The notes below the pieces were generated by a model that ran no database searches, had not been told where the DNA came from, and was given only the letters and a program-made list of their open reading frames with translations. Of a stretch of DNA of 64,000 nucleotides, positions 38,591 through 50,531 are shown piece by piece. The stretch is from NCBI GenBank assembly GCA_016748015.1, contig JAAOMT010000009.1, positions 2,030,200-2,094,199 on the forward strand, written 5' to 3'. Positions within the stretch are counted from its first letter, which is position 1; each line of letters starts with the position of its first letter. The stretch is from Geosiphon pyriformis uo1 (Eukaryota > Fungi > Glomeromycota). A program made the translations under genes and the position numbers.

Positions 38591-41319
38591 ATGAATCAAA
38601 GTCAAATCAGATATTCAAGCATTCCGTTTCTTCAACCCCAAGATTATGCTTCCGTATCCACAACAGACATTTTTAACAATCAGTTTTTCAATGACTCTAT
38701 GGACTATCCTCCTCCAACTCATGAACTTGCAATCAAAAAATCACCCTTACAAGACGTTCTGGACGATAATTGTTGTGATCAAACAACTACTAGAATTTCC
38801 TCGAATATCCAATGCCACAAATGTCATGAACACATCCCATGGACCAAGTTCATCCCAGCTACCGCGAAATGTACCAATAAATGCAATGTGTGCCCGGCTT
38901 GTATTAAAAAGCATATTGAATATGAGGTGATGGTGAGGAAGACTGGGATAATTTGGTGTCCAGCTGGAAATGAGTGTCGCGGTTTTATGACTGAGCAAGA
39001 TGTGCAATTATTTGCGAGTAACGAAGTCTTTAAAAGGTATTTTTTTGGATGATCGCTGATTTATAGCTGTAAACAGAATTTTTTTTAATCAATCATTCAG
39101 CCTTTTAATTTTCGAAATGAAATGTTTTCTGAATGGATTTATAGGTTCCAGCAATTAGTGATTCCTGAAATTCGGTCAGAGACTAAATCTATAGACGTCA
39201 AAGATGCTGCCAATGTGGAAAAAGAGACTTTTTCTGAAATACCAGGGTTCAAATGGTGTCCAAATCCAGCATGCGAATCTGGACAAATCCACGAAGATGG
39301 AGGTAGCACTTTAAATAAAATTTATTTGATTGTTTTTACACCAAACACAAGATCGAGTAAAAAAAGTGAAAATTTTTGCGGCTACTTTTCGATTTCAAGA
39401 AAAATCCCCGATCATGACATGTTTTTTATGTGGTCAGAGATCATGCATAATTCATGATCAAAGAATCGAGAGCGGTCATCCTTGCGGTAAATGCATTTCG
39501 CATTATAGGACATCGATGGGAGAATATCCGCAACCAATCCAAACTCAAAGTGGGATAGAAAATTCTACCTCGGCAGTTCAAATTTCCACAGTGAGAAACT
39601 CTCCTTTGTATACATCGCCAATGACATCAAAAACCTCTCAAAGACCGTCATCAACAAGCTGGTTTCCATTCGAGATTAGGGAAATCTTTGACAGCATAAA
39701 AAAGGACAAAGGAAAATCGAAACAAACCTTTGAAAACTCTGAACTCATGTTTTGGGTGTGTCCCAATGTTGATTGTGGTATTGAACAGATTCATGAAATA
39801 AATGGTGGCTAATTTGTTTTCAATTTGGCTTATTTCTTCTGTTATTGATAGGTTTTCAAACTTACTCAAAAGTCATTTTTTTAACATAATTTAGAATCAT
39901 CCTTTTCAACATGCAAACAGTGCCGTGAAATTTCCTGTGTCTTACATAATCGGGTTATTGGGAATATCTCAGCTTGTGTTGATTGTGATAGCGATTTTGT
40001 AAAAAGACTAATGGAGGAGCAAGGAAGTCAATACGCATCTCCAAGTGGTGATAATAGCAAAACTACAAAATTGAATAAGGGAAAAGGTCAAGCACTCCCA
40101 ATAGAAATACAATCTCAGAAATCAACCAGCTATTATGAGCAAAAAGGAAATGAACGTCTAGAACAATTTCAACAAATCAAAGCAAGCCCGGTTACACAGT
40201 TTCCTGATTACGACTTAATTGTACTCGCGCAAACCCGTGAATGCGCCATTTGTGCTGATGAATTCCCGATCAATCAATTTTTACCAGTCACTATTGAGTG
40301 CGCCCATGAAGATAATGTGTGTCGTGAGTGTGTGAGCACGCATATTAAGCACGAACTTGCAGACAAAGGCAATTTCCGGATTATTTGTCTTGGTGGTGGG
40401 GGCTGTAAAATCATTTTGCAAGCTTGTGATGTGCAACGATTTGTTGATGGTGAGACTTTGGAAAGGTGAGTTTACTTGCAGATTCATTGTTTTTTAATAT
40501 TTATTTTCAATTTTTGAAGGTTTTGAATATTTTGGATCATGATAGGTTTCATCAACTTTCTGTGAATTCGGTACTTTCCCAGATGGAAGATTTTCGATGG
40601 TGTAAAAATCCGAATTGTAAAGCTGGACAAATACATTTTGAAGCAGGTAAAAGCAATAGTTAATTTTTTCTGTCATTTATTTCGATTTTGGGATTCTGTC
40701 ATTTTTTAATAAGTTGCTCCCTTAGATTATGCACCAATCATGGTTTGTAATGCATGTGGTCAAAAATCCTGCGCTCAGCATGATATGCCAGTAAACCCAG
40801 ATGTTGGCTGCACAGAATGTGAAAAAATTCGAGCAGCATGGTTGGCTGAACAGGAAGCTAATGAACTTGCTACAAAAAGATTCTTGGAACGTGAAGAAGC
40901 TGAGGAAAGAGAACGCCAAGCTACTGAAGCCCGTGAACGTGAAGCAGCGAGACAAGAACTTTTACGACGTCAACAAGAAGAAGCTGAAGCACAGGAACGT
41001 ATTCGTCAAGAACGTGAACGTGCCGAGGAAGCAAGACGAGCTGAACAAGCTACTAATAATTTGATTCAATCGAACACAAAGGCGTGTCCTAGGTGTAAGA
41101 GTAAAATCGAAAAGAATGGCGGCTGTAATCATATGACGTGTAAAGCTCCTGGATGTGGATATGAATTTTGTTGGATGTGAGTTGAAAATTTTTTTATTCG
41201 ATGATTTTGATACTATCTTGTGGGTCGGGACCAAATTGAACGTCTTACAATTATTTTTTTTGCTTTTCAGATGTTTGGCTAGACATGGAGGGCCTCATAA
41301 TTTTCCTTGCCGACGTTAA
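38591..41319 (+). CDS. RBR E3 ubiquitin ligase copy C: RING1-IBR-IBR-RING1-IBR-charged helix-RING2, 7 exons
   Basis: MNQSQ...[25 protein letters not shown]|[13 protein letters not shown]..|..CFLC..CIIH..CGKC...CPNVDC..|..CKQC..CVLH..CVDC...[15 protein letters not shown]..|FHQL..|..CNAC..CTEC...[31 protein letters not shown]|[15 protein letters not shown]. Close paralog of copy A; e.g. [32 protein letters not shown] is identical. Confidence 0.9.
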
Positions 41320-42909
41320 TTTAATGTCTCTATCGCAGTAACTTGCCCATTGTTTAAAAATGAATTTTCGGGTTGCGAGATTCTTTTTGTTACATTTTTT
41401 TTATTTCAATGTTTTTTGCTGCTGTTTAAACTTGATCCTTTTTTTTGATTTCCAGTTGGTATTATTTTAGAGTCAAATTTTTTTTATGCATTTTATAAAG
41501 ACTTGACTTAAGAATGTATATAAAAAGTATGTGCATATATGATTTTTTTACAAATAAGATTTTTTTAACCAATATAAAAATTTTATTAATTGAAATATTA
41601 ATTTTTAATGTGACAATTTTAAAAGATAACTTTGTATTGTCTAATATTTATTTGGTTCGAAAATTAGTTGTAAAATTTTTTTCAATAAAATTAAGAATAA
41701 ATTAGTAATTAAAAAATTAAAAACAATAATTTTTCATTGTGTTTTTTGATATGTGATAAGTAATTTTGATTATTTTATCTAAATTTATGTTAACTAAATT
41801 AAAAGTTTAAATTAAATACACAATTAACTAATACATAACAATTTTTGATTTTTTAGCTAAATATATAATTTAAGATTGAAATAAATACAGTTTATTAAAA
41901 CAATATCTCTTTTATTCAAATTATAATTAACATAGTATTCTTAGAATTTAATTTTTTAGTTTTTAGTTTTTAGTTTTATTAATTATTCAATTATATTTAG
42001 TTATATATATTAGCCATCTTATTTTTTAATTATTGATCTCTTTTAGAAAATACATAAAAAAAACTTTTTATAGTTATAAAAAAGTATTAATTGTTTTGAT
42101 CTTTTATTTGACACACAAATCAATTTCTTGTGACAATTTAAATTTAAGAAGTATATATTAAATAAACATTCAGTAAAAAATACAAACAATATTTGTTATT
42201 AAATTTTAAGAAGTGCCAATTGGAAACATATAATTATAGCAGCTGTATTATTTTTGTTAACCATATAAACTATTTCTTTATTTTCAAATTTTTTTAAAAA
42301 GAATAGCAACTAAAATATTTATAAAACTGTTCTTGCAAATTAAATTTCTACAAATTTAATTTGTTTTTTTAATTGAATTTTTACTTTGATTATTTGTTCT
42401 TTTTTGCTATTTATTAATGTGTTACTCTGATCCATAATAGTATTATTGAAAATTATACTTTAATTACATTAAGAACTAGTTAACTTTAAAATGATTTAAT
42501 AATTGACTTTAAAAACTCCTATTATTAAAATTGGGTGTTTTTAACAAAAATTAATTATTCTTATTGTATTTTTATTTGCCTTTTTGATTTAAATATTGTG
42601 ACCTTTCAGAAAAAAAATTATTTTAATATGGTCTTTGACTAGTTGAAAATCAAAAAAATAATGAATCATACTTAAAATAATAATGAAAAGTAAAACAATC
42701 TTTTTTTCACTCTTTGGTTTGCAACAACTAAAACTTAATTTTTAATACTATCGTATTTATTTTGTTTACAATATCTATAATACATGTATATAGTATAAAT
42801 AAGTAATTTCAAATTAAAATTTTAAAGTATTTCAAAGCACTTTAATGTCTCTTTTCCAATAGCGAATTAGAAGTTTTATAAATGAAACTATCAACTAACT
42901 ATTGTATTA

Positions 42910-44164
42910 CAGTGTGTTGCAAAAAAAATTGGACAGAAAAAAATAACCATTGTGCTTTATCCAATGCACCAAAAGATATAAATTATATACCATTAGAAAG
43001 CTAAAAAGCACATGATTTTATTAAAAAAAATTCAATATGATATTCTTTCCCTCTTATTCGCAATTATCATTTCACAACGGTGTTTCATTGATTCCACTAA
43101 TCCAATTAGGGTAGATTGGAGAATATCTCGCCACTCTTCCTTCATAAACTGTTCTAATTCATCTCGATTTTTAGGCATACGCTTCTTCACATTCCTCACA
43201 ATAGCCCATAAGTTTTCAATGGAATTCAAGTCAGGACTATTAGATGGCCAAGTTATAACTTCAGACATATTCTCTTGAAGAAAGGCTTTGGCTAGACGGC
43301 TTGTGTGCTTTGGGTCATCGTCCTGTTGAAACCGCCACTCATTCCCTAATATTCCTCTTATCTCAGGTAAATGTTTACGAATAATTTCTACATAGAACTT
43401 AACATCCATTATTTGGGTAAAACAAAAAAAAATTACCTTTTTTTCTCATAAAAACCACCCCATACCATAATTTTTGTTCAATCTTTTGGTATAGCACGAA
43501 TTGGTCACTGGCCTTTATATTAACGTTTTACTGTATTTCGGAATATACAAAAAGCTGTTTTATCTGAAAAAACAGTTCTTTTCCAATTATCATTGAGACG
43601 TTCTTGAGCCCACTTTACACAATTTTCCTTCTGGAGATTGGTGAGCATTGGAGTTGCCAAAGGCAAGTCTTTTTTATATCCATGATTAATTAAATGCCTT
43701 TGGATAGTACTAGAAGAAACGTCTACATTCTTTTTTGCTAATTTTATTTTCAAAGTCCTCAAAGATATTAAAGAATCTCGACAGAGGTATTGTCTTAATA
43801 TTCGTGATGCATCTCCTTTAATTTTTCGCGGCCGACCATTTCCACCCGCATGCTCCACCATTCCTATTTTTTCGAGTTTTTTAAGGATATTATAGATAAT
43901 AGAGCATGGTACATTTGTTCGCTGTTTTATTTCAGTTGCGTCTCATATCCCTTCATTCCAAAAATGTAATACGGTTTGGCGCTGTGTTTCTTGCTTGGAA
44001 GGTAGCATTGTGCAAGAAAATTTCTAAAAAAATTATTAGTAAAACGCGCGAAAAAAATTTATCATATTTAGCCTAATTCAACCGCCACAAACTAACTAAA
44101 ATTAGTTAAACTGTATCAAGTTTTGTGATGTGCATTTTTGTCCAATTTTTTTTGCAACACACTG
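42910..44164 (-). mobile_element. Tc1/mariner (DD34E) transposon, inactivated; a different family from 14825..16010
   Basis: Perfect 26-bp TIR CAGTGTGTTGCAAAAAAAATTGGACA with TA target duplications (42908-09, 44165-66). Transposase from ATG 44008 to 43032 with several stops and frameshifts; GRPRK, FSDKT, QQDDDPKH...WPSNSPDLNSIENLW (D-34-E). Confidence 0.95.
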
Positions 44165-44543
44165 TATTTCTTTTACAATGACTTTTTGTTTTAATTTTCC
44201 TCTATTGTCATTCAGGAAGATTCGATTATTCTACAAAGGTTTTCGGGCTTCAAAATTGGTAGTTCTTGAATTGAACCCTATTCATTCCAGAGTTGAGTTC
44301 ATATCGAATCTATGTTACCAAGCTTCAGAGAATTTTCTCATAACAAAATACATGTATCACTTTTCCTGCACCCTGAAGTCACATCCGGGGAAATCCCGAA
44401 TGTGATTAGCCCAATTTTGGGACCTGACTTGAACACTTGTAGCACATAAATGGAAACCATTTATTTTATGATTGCAGCTATTGTTTTTAATTTCCCAATT
44501 AAAAATTAAAAATCGAGCCTTCACCAAATATACCATAATTGCG

Positions 44544-45269
44544 ATGGAAGAAACATCCACTATTGCCTCATCGCCATCTGCACACAATCCAATTCATGAA
44601 CTCACCCCAAAAGATTCTAAACTCATCAACGATGTCTTGGAACTCTACCAACAAAGCACACGAGCTGAATTTGACAGCAACGTATTACGCCGTCTCTTTT
44701 GTTTGATAGCTCAAAAAGATGAAACGCCAACCCGCGTTTTTTCTCTTTTACTCTCCCAATCTGAATTGGCAGAATATGCCAGTCTTCTTGGATTCTTTTC
44801 ACACTTCGGATTTGGTTGCCAAGGAAGTAACGCTGAAGCATTTAAATGGTACTCTTTAGCTGCTGATCATGGGGATTGTTTTGCTTTGTTACAAGTCGGT
44901 GAATGTTACGAGAAAGGATATGGCATCAGCTGTGATTACAAAAAAGCTATTCAGTGTTATAAAGAGACTGCTTTACGTGGACATCCACAAGGTGCATACA
45001 AGTTTGCTGAATCGAGGATTGGGAGGCAAAGAGATTGGTGGGTTACTGAATCAGCTCGTCGCGGTTTCTGGCCCGGTATTTTAAAATTTGTGTATTATTG
45101 TAATCGAGGGATTGGTGGTCAGATGAAAGATAAGCATTTGGCATTGAGATGGGCATTACGGTATAAAAGGGATAGCTTTGGGGGTGAGTTAAGTTATACC
45201 TTGGTTGACACCTTTAGAAATCCTGTTCCCTATCGATGTAGTATGGTGATTCCCAGATCAATAATATAA
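44544..45269 (+). CDS. Sel1-like repeat protein, intronless, paralog of 22051..22698
   Basis: LLGFFSHFGFGCQGSNAEAFKWYSLAADHGDCFALLQVGECYEKGYGISCDYKKAIQCYKETALRGHPQG...KDKHLA is colinear with the first Sel1 gene. Confidence 0.88.
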   Translation: MEETSTIASSPSAHNPIHELTPKDSKLINDVLELYQQSTRAEFDSNVLRRLFCLIAQKDETPTRVFSLLLSQSELAEYASLLGFFSHFGFGCQGSNAEAFKWYSLAADHGDCFALLQVGECYEKGYGISCDYKKAIQCYKETALRGHPQGAYKFAESRIGRQRDWWVTESARRGFWPGILKFVYYCNRGIGGQMKDKHLALRWALRYKRDSFGGELSYTLVDTFRNPVPYRCSMVIPRSII

Positions 45270-47155
45270 AGCTTTTTGTCAAAGGAATTGGTTTCTAATA
45301 TTCAAACCAGGATTTTAAGTATTACATTAAAGATATTTAAGTTTCTTATCGTTGAAGATTTGATATTTGTATATTTCAATTATAAATTCAAAATTTTATT
45401 ACAACCTTGTGAATTTTAATTATTTTTTAATTTTTATTTTCAAGTAATGTATAATTTCCCAATTCTGATTACTTGACTAATCAAAATTAACCGTTTGGAA
45501 TGAGAAAGATTTAGTCTTCAAATTCTAAGGAAAAAATTCCAAAGATTGGGTTTAAAAATGGGGAATCGAGGCTAAAATTTGACTCATGAATAAATTTATT
45601 TGTTATTAAAAACTTTTGAAACCTACCGAAAAAGCTATAATTCATTTAAGATTGATCTGAGGAAGAGCTGGTTAGCCACTACTATGATTGATACTCCTCG
45701 ATTATTTTTGGGATTTATATTTTATGTTTTGGAATACGCCATAAGTATCGAAATCAATGACCGAATAAACGAAAATTCGAATTCTCTTTTAACGAGTAAC
45801 CCATAATGAGATTCACCCAAACCCTAGAAATTAAGGTCATTTTCAAATGTTTCCTTTTCCAAAGATCCCGACAAAATAATACCCACTAATGAGAACTTAA
45901 GATTCTGAAATAAAGCTTCTCTCAAGCTTCGATCTAACAGGTCTAAACGGAATTCATGAATTAATCATCTCCTTATTAAGTTAATAACGTAAATGCAACT
46001 AACTTTCTAACCTTTTCCAATTTTGGGTTCGGGACACCACGCAATGAGGAACGGATTCAAATATTAAACTGACACCGCAGAAAGATTTTACGTTGCTTCA
46101 ATTAGAAAAATGATATGAGGCTTGATCTGAGTATAGAGCAAGTTGTTCATCTGAGTGCCCAGTATTATCAAAAGCTGCTTGAATTGGTCATTTAACCAAA
46201 GTCAAAAGAAGCTAGGTGATTATAGCGAGCGGCATCGATGGGTGAATTGAATGGTTCGAGATTACGAATTTTATCTAATCGAGACCTATTTAATAGAGAA
46301 ACAAAAAATCAGAGCCTGAAATCTTTTTAAATTTTACCACATCTGTAAGATATTTAAATAAAATAAAGGTATATATTTTCATAATACCATATCATCAAAC
46401 TTCGGATACATACCTATAGCTAGAAATCTTAGGCTTTCTAATAAATTAAATTCTCATATGCAGTTCATTCAGTACTAAAATTTTTATGATAAGAAAATTC
46501 TCTTTCGTTAGAATCCAAAAATTACCCTATTAGAATTAGGGATGGAAATTTTCGTGGTATATTTACTGATTCCTAGAGCTGGTTGTCGGAATATTTCCAT
46601 TTTTAACTATGAAGACTAAAAATATGGATGGAAAACTCACATATTATCTTCCGTGGTGGGTAATAACAGATTACCCGTGTTGAATTATTGAGCTTCCATA
46701 TAAAAATCTGCGTTCAAAAATACTAACGTCGGTAAACATTTAAAATATTTAAATAAATTTTTTTGAGTTTTTATTCAAATTATATAACGGAAAGGCCTTT
46801 GCAAAATTTCTTTCCGAAAGTTCAGAAATGAGCTCTCGGCTCGTCTTTTAAAATTGTCCAAGGTTCCAAAAAGGGATATTTTAATCGTAACCCTAGTTTC
46901 AAGGACCCGAAATTTAATGCTACATTAGATGCGAGTATCAAGAAAATGACTGACAGTGATAAATACATTTGAAATTATAAATTTTAGAATAAATATTATC
47001 ATTAGTATAAAGGAGTGGAACGGTAATCAACCCGAATGGCAGAACCATGAACCCGATTGATTGCGCTTATTAAGGAGTAGTAATTAATGAATTTGAAGGA
47101 TTTGTGGATGAGTTGACGAAATTGATGGTAAAGCTTGACAGATCATTCTACATAT

Positions 47156-49388
47156 TTATGGGCAAGACATGCGCCGTTCCAGCGATTCTAATCTCGCCTT
47201 CAAAACACTCAACATGTTAGCGTAGCCTTTATCTTCTTCGCCATTTGAGGAAACAGCGGATAAAGGTGGACTGATGACATTAGCTGGATGTAAATGAGTA
47301 TGAGAAGTATGTGGTGATCCTGCAGTGCTACTTCCATTACTGTAAGTGGTAGACCGGTGCGGGTAACCCACATTACTACTAGCAATGCTGATATCACTGG
47401 ACCGTCTATCTGAATCAAGGGATGAAATACGGCTCATCCCGAAAACAGTCGAATTTCTCATTTCACGCTCAATCTTTGCAATTCTTTTCTCAAGATTCAT
47501 CAAATCCTTAACGACCTCTCGTTGCATTTCTCTGAAATGACCTCGCACCAAACTTTCAATCATAGTACCGGATGTTTGAAGGGTCTGCAATAAAGTGGAA
47601 GTCTTTCTAATTTGACCTTCCAAAGTCGATTTCAAATTTCGACTGTCAACCACGGTGTCATGAAAAGAATCAAATAAATTGATAAAAGTATCTTTGTTTG
47701 CGCAATCAGAATGAGCTATTTCGTGCAATTTCGCCATTGATAATGATGATTGTAACTGTGCGTTATCACAATCCGCAGGACTTGCTGAAACCTTTGATGA
47801 GCGAAATTCGACATTTTGTGGTGAAATAAGACCATGGATGCTAGCACTTGTTGAAGCCGAGTGAGAAATGTCTATTTTTTGTGCTGGGGAGAATGTAGGT
47901 TTGGAGTTTGATGGTGGTTTATCAAACCCATTAAATGCAGAGGTAGACAAACTGGGAGTAATTGGATTTGCAATAGGAGATGGATGATGATTCAAGTTAA
48001 AAGTACTGGGCACAGGACTATAATGAGGAGAGGCAGCTGAAGAAAGTAAATTATTTTGATTATTATAAGGCGGGGTAAATACGCTAAGATTTCTAGAGTT
48101 ACGATTATTTCTAGAGCGGTGATGTGTTAACGCAGGGTTCCTCTTTTGAGGTGAGGTCAAAGGACTACTTTTGGAATTATCAGAAGCACCTTGCAATATC
48201 GTCTTTGAAACAGCAACTGAATGACGCTTATCAGCAGTATTTTGTTGCTGTTGAAGAATTTGTTGTTGCGCTTGATGTTGTCTTGCCTCAATTATCGCCT
48301 TTTGTTGTTCTTTTAATTTTAAAGTATTGTTAACTTTTTCCATCACTTCAGGATTATTAGTGGCCTTAATGTTATTGGAGGTGATAGATGGAATAGCACA
48401 ACGTCTCTTCTTTCTCATTCTTGAATCATCATCGATAAGAACAGATAAATTAGTAGTGATCTCATTTGGCGAGAAATGTGAGTGATGTGATCGATTAGGC
48501 ATATTAATAGAAGCTGGATTAGATTTGTCACTTCCAAAATATGATGGGGATGGTTCTTGTTTGATCAAGAAATTTCCTCTAATAAAGGATAAAATTGAAA
48601 ATTAAAGTTGAACACGATTAAATTTTGAATTTTTTGAATTTTTTATTCCTAAAGATAAAAATTTATTCTACTAACCTATCTGATTCAATTGGGGAAACAG
48701 TGTGTTCGACCGGCGAAGCTACTCTTGACCCATACCTTTCATCATTAGAATTATTATTATCAAGAACTTCCTCTAAAGACATTCTTTTTCTTATGTTAAC
48801 TGGAGCTGGAGGACTGAGGTGACCCGAAGATGATGATGCATAATTCAAACGAGGACTTTTTTGTATTTTATAAGGAGTGAGAGGTGTTGATGTTGGAGAT
48901 GATATTATATTTCTGGGAATATTAGTAGCAAAAAACTCGAATTCTGCCTCTATGCAAGGACATCGAGTAATCGAAACGCGATTCAATAGACAATCCGCCA
49001 TTCCTGAGAGCAGTTCTGATTTACCCAATTTGCAGAATTCGGCCAACAAGTGATTACCAAGACGAGTTGCTGTATTACTTAAGGCACTAGCGGCTAGATA
49101 AATATCTCCTGATCGTTCATGAAAACAATAACCATCTGTGTCTAGAAATACTTGTGGTATTTTTCCAGAATTATACACGAATCCATTCGGCGATCCAAAA
49201 AAGATCACATCAATGTCTCTCAAGCTATAAAACGGTTGTGTTCCTGTTATCGTTTTAGTTATTATTGGTGAGGGGGTTGATAGAGAGGAGTCTTGTTTTG
49301 AGGGGGAGGAGTTTACTAAAGGAAAAAGGTATAGACAAAAAGGTCGCTGGTTGGCGTAAACACCAAGCTGTATTTGAGTAACTTGCAT
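47156..49388 (-). CDS. Hypothetical ~710-aa protein, 2 exons: N-terminal globular segment, Ser/Pro/Gln-rich disorder, coiled coils; possibly a nuclear regulator
   Basis: Two long ORFs joined by an in-phase GT-AG intron (48675-48579). Basic RMRKKRR motif, poly-Q, many SP sites, and a heptad-like C-terminal segment (LEGQIRKTSTLLQTLQ...LEKRIAKIE; LKARLESLERRM). Confidence 0.75.
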
Positions 49389-50446
49389 GATACTTTTTGT
49401 CAAAAAAGGAATGTGAAAAAATAGTTGGAATTTGGCGAAAATTAATGGAAATTTTAAAGGAGGGTAGAAAATGCCGATAAACAGCTATTTGGTGATGAAT
49501 TAAGAGGGTGGTTTTAAAGGAAGGGACGAAATTGAGTAAATTTCGAGGAAAAATATTAAAAAAGGAAGAGAAAAGAATAATAGAGAAATTGGGAGGTAGT
49601 AAATGTAGTTGGTTTAAATACCAAGACTAAAAGACTTTGCATGATCCTCAGAGAGAACTAGGCACAACAGGTTACAATTGGTAAGGCGAACCAATAACAA
49701 GGGCGCAGGTGGCAGCATTCCGAATGATTTTTGAATGATTTCAGGCCGGAAAAATGCCTTTGGATCGACATGTGGGAAATATGAACATCGGTTTGAAAAA
49801 TAAACAGGTTTGCTCTAGGGAGACGTCCGTCCCTTTGGCTCTTTTCTTTAAAAGTAAATTATATTTGTGCAATCATTAGTGGTATCCACGAAACAGATTA
49901 GCTCTGGTAATACTGCATTTAACAACATTTTGCGTATCAGCATTTCAATAAGGTAACATATTTAAAAGTCACCGCATTTAATAGTGTAATCATAAATTTT
50001 ATAATCAAAAAACATGGGATGTCAATTTATGAGAGTAGAATTGTGAAAAGATAAACTTTAGAAAAGGGGTTTCTTCTTTAGTTTAGCAACGTATTTAGGT
50101 TTTTGTAAGCTAAAGGAAAGTCTAATGTATCAAGCCAACAATATGATAAAATGCAAGCTCGTAAAAAATTCAGGTTTAAGGTTTATGTAATCCTTGATTA
50201 ATAATAATAATAATTATTAGAAGATTTTTGAGAAAGATTTATGATATAAGCAAATTTTGCAAATACACAGTTGCATGAAACTTCTTATTAAAATCACTGT
50301 ATTCTTTTCGAATGCAGAAATTAGAATAATTTCTATAATTGATCATTAGGAAATTTAATTGACATAAAAGCAATATTTTTCTCTTAAAAAAACCAACCGC
50401 GAAAAATATGTAAAAAATGAGTGATATAAGTTTAATTATTATATTA

Positions 50447-50531
50447 CATCTATTAATCATATGTTATCTATTAGTCATATATGTATTTATTAATCATATA
50501 TATTATCTATTAGTCATATATGTTATCTGTT
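50447..50531. repeat. Minisatellite, ~4 imperfect copies of an 18-20-bp unit ATCTATTAGTCATATATGTT
   Basis: Directly visible tandem copies. Confidence 0.75.

Noticed and set aside
50447-50531. Short repeats as a CRISPR-like array
   Set aside because: The units are directly tandem with no unique spacers; eukaryotic context with no cas genes.
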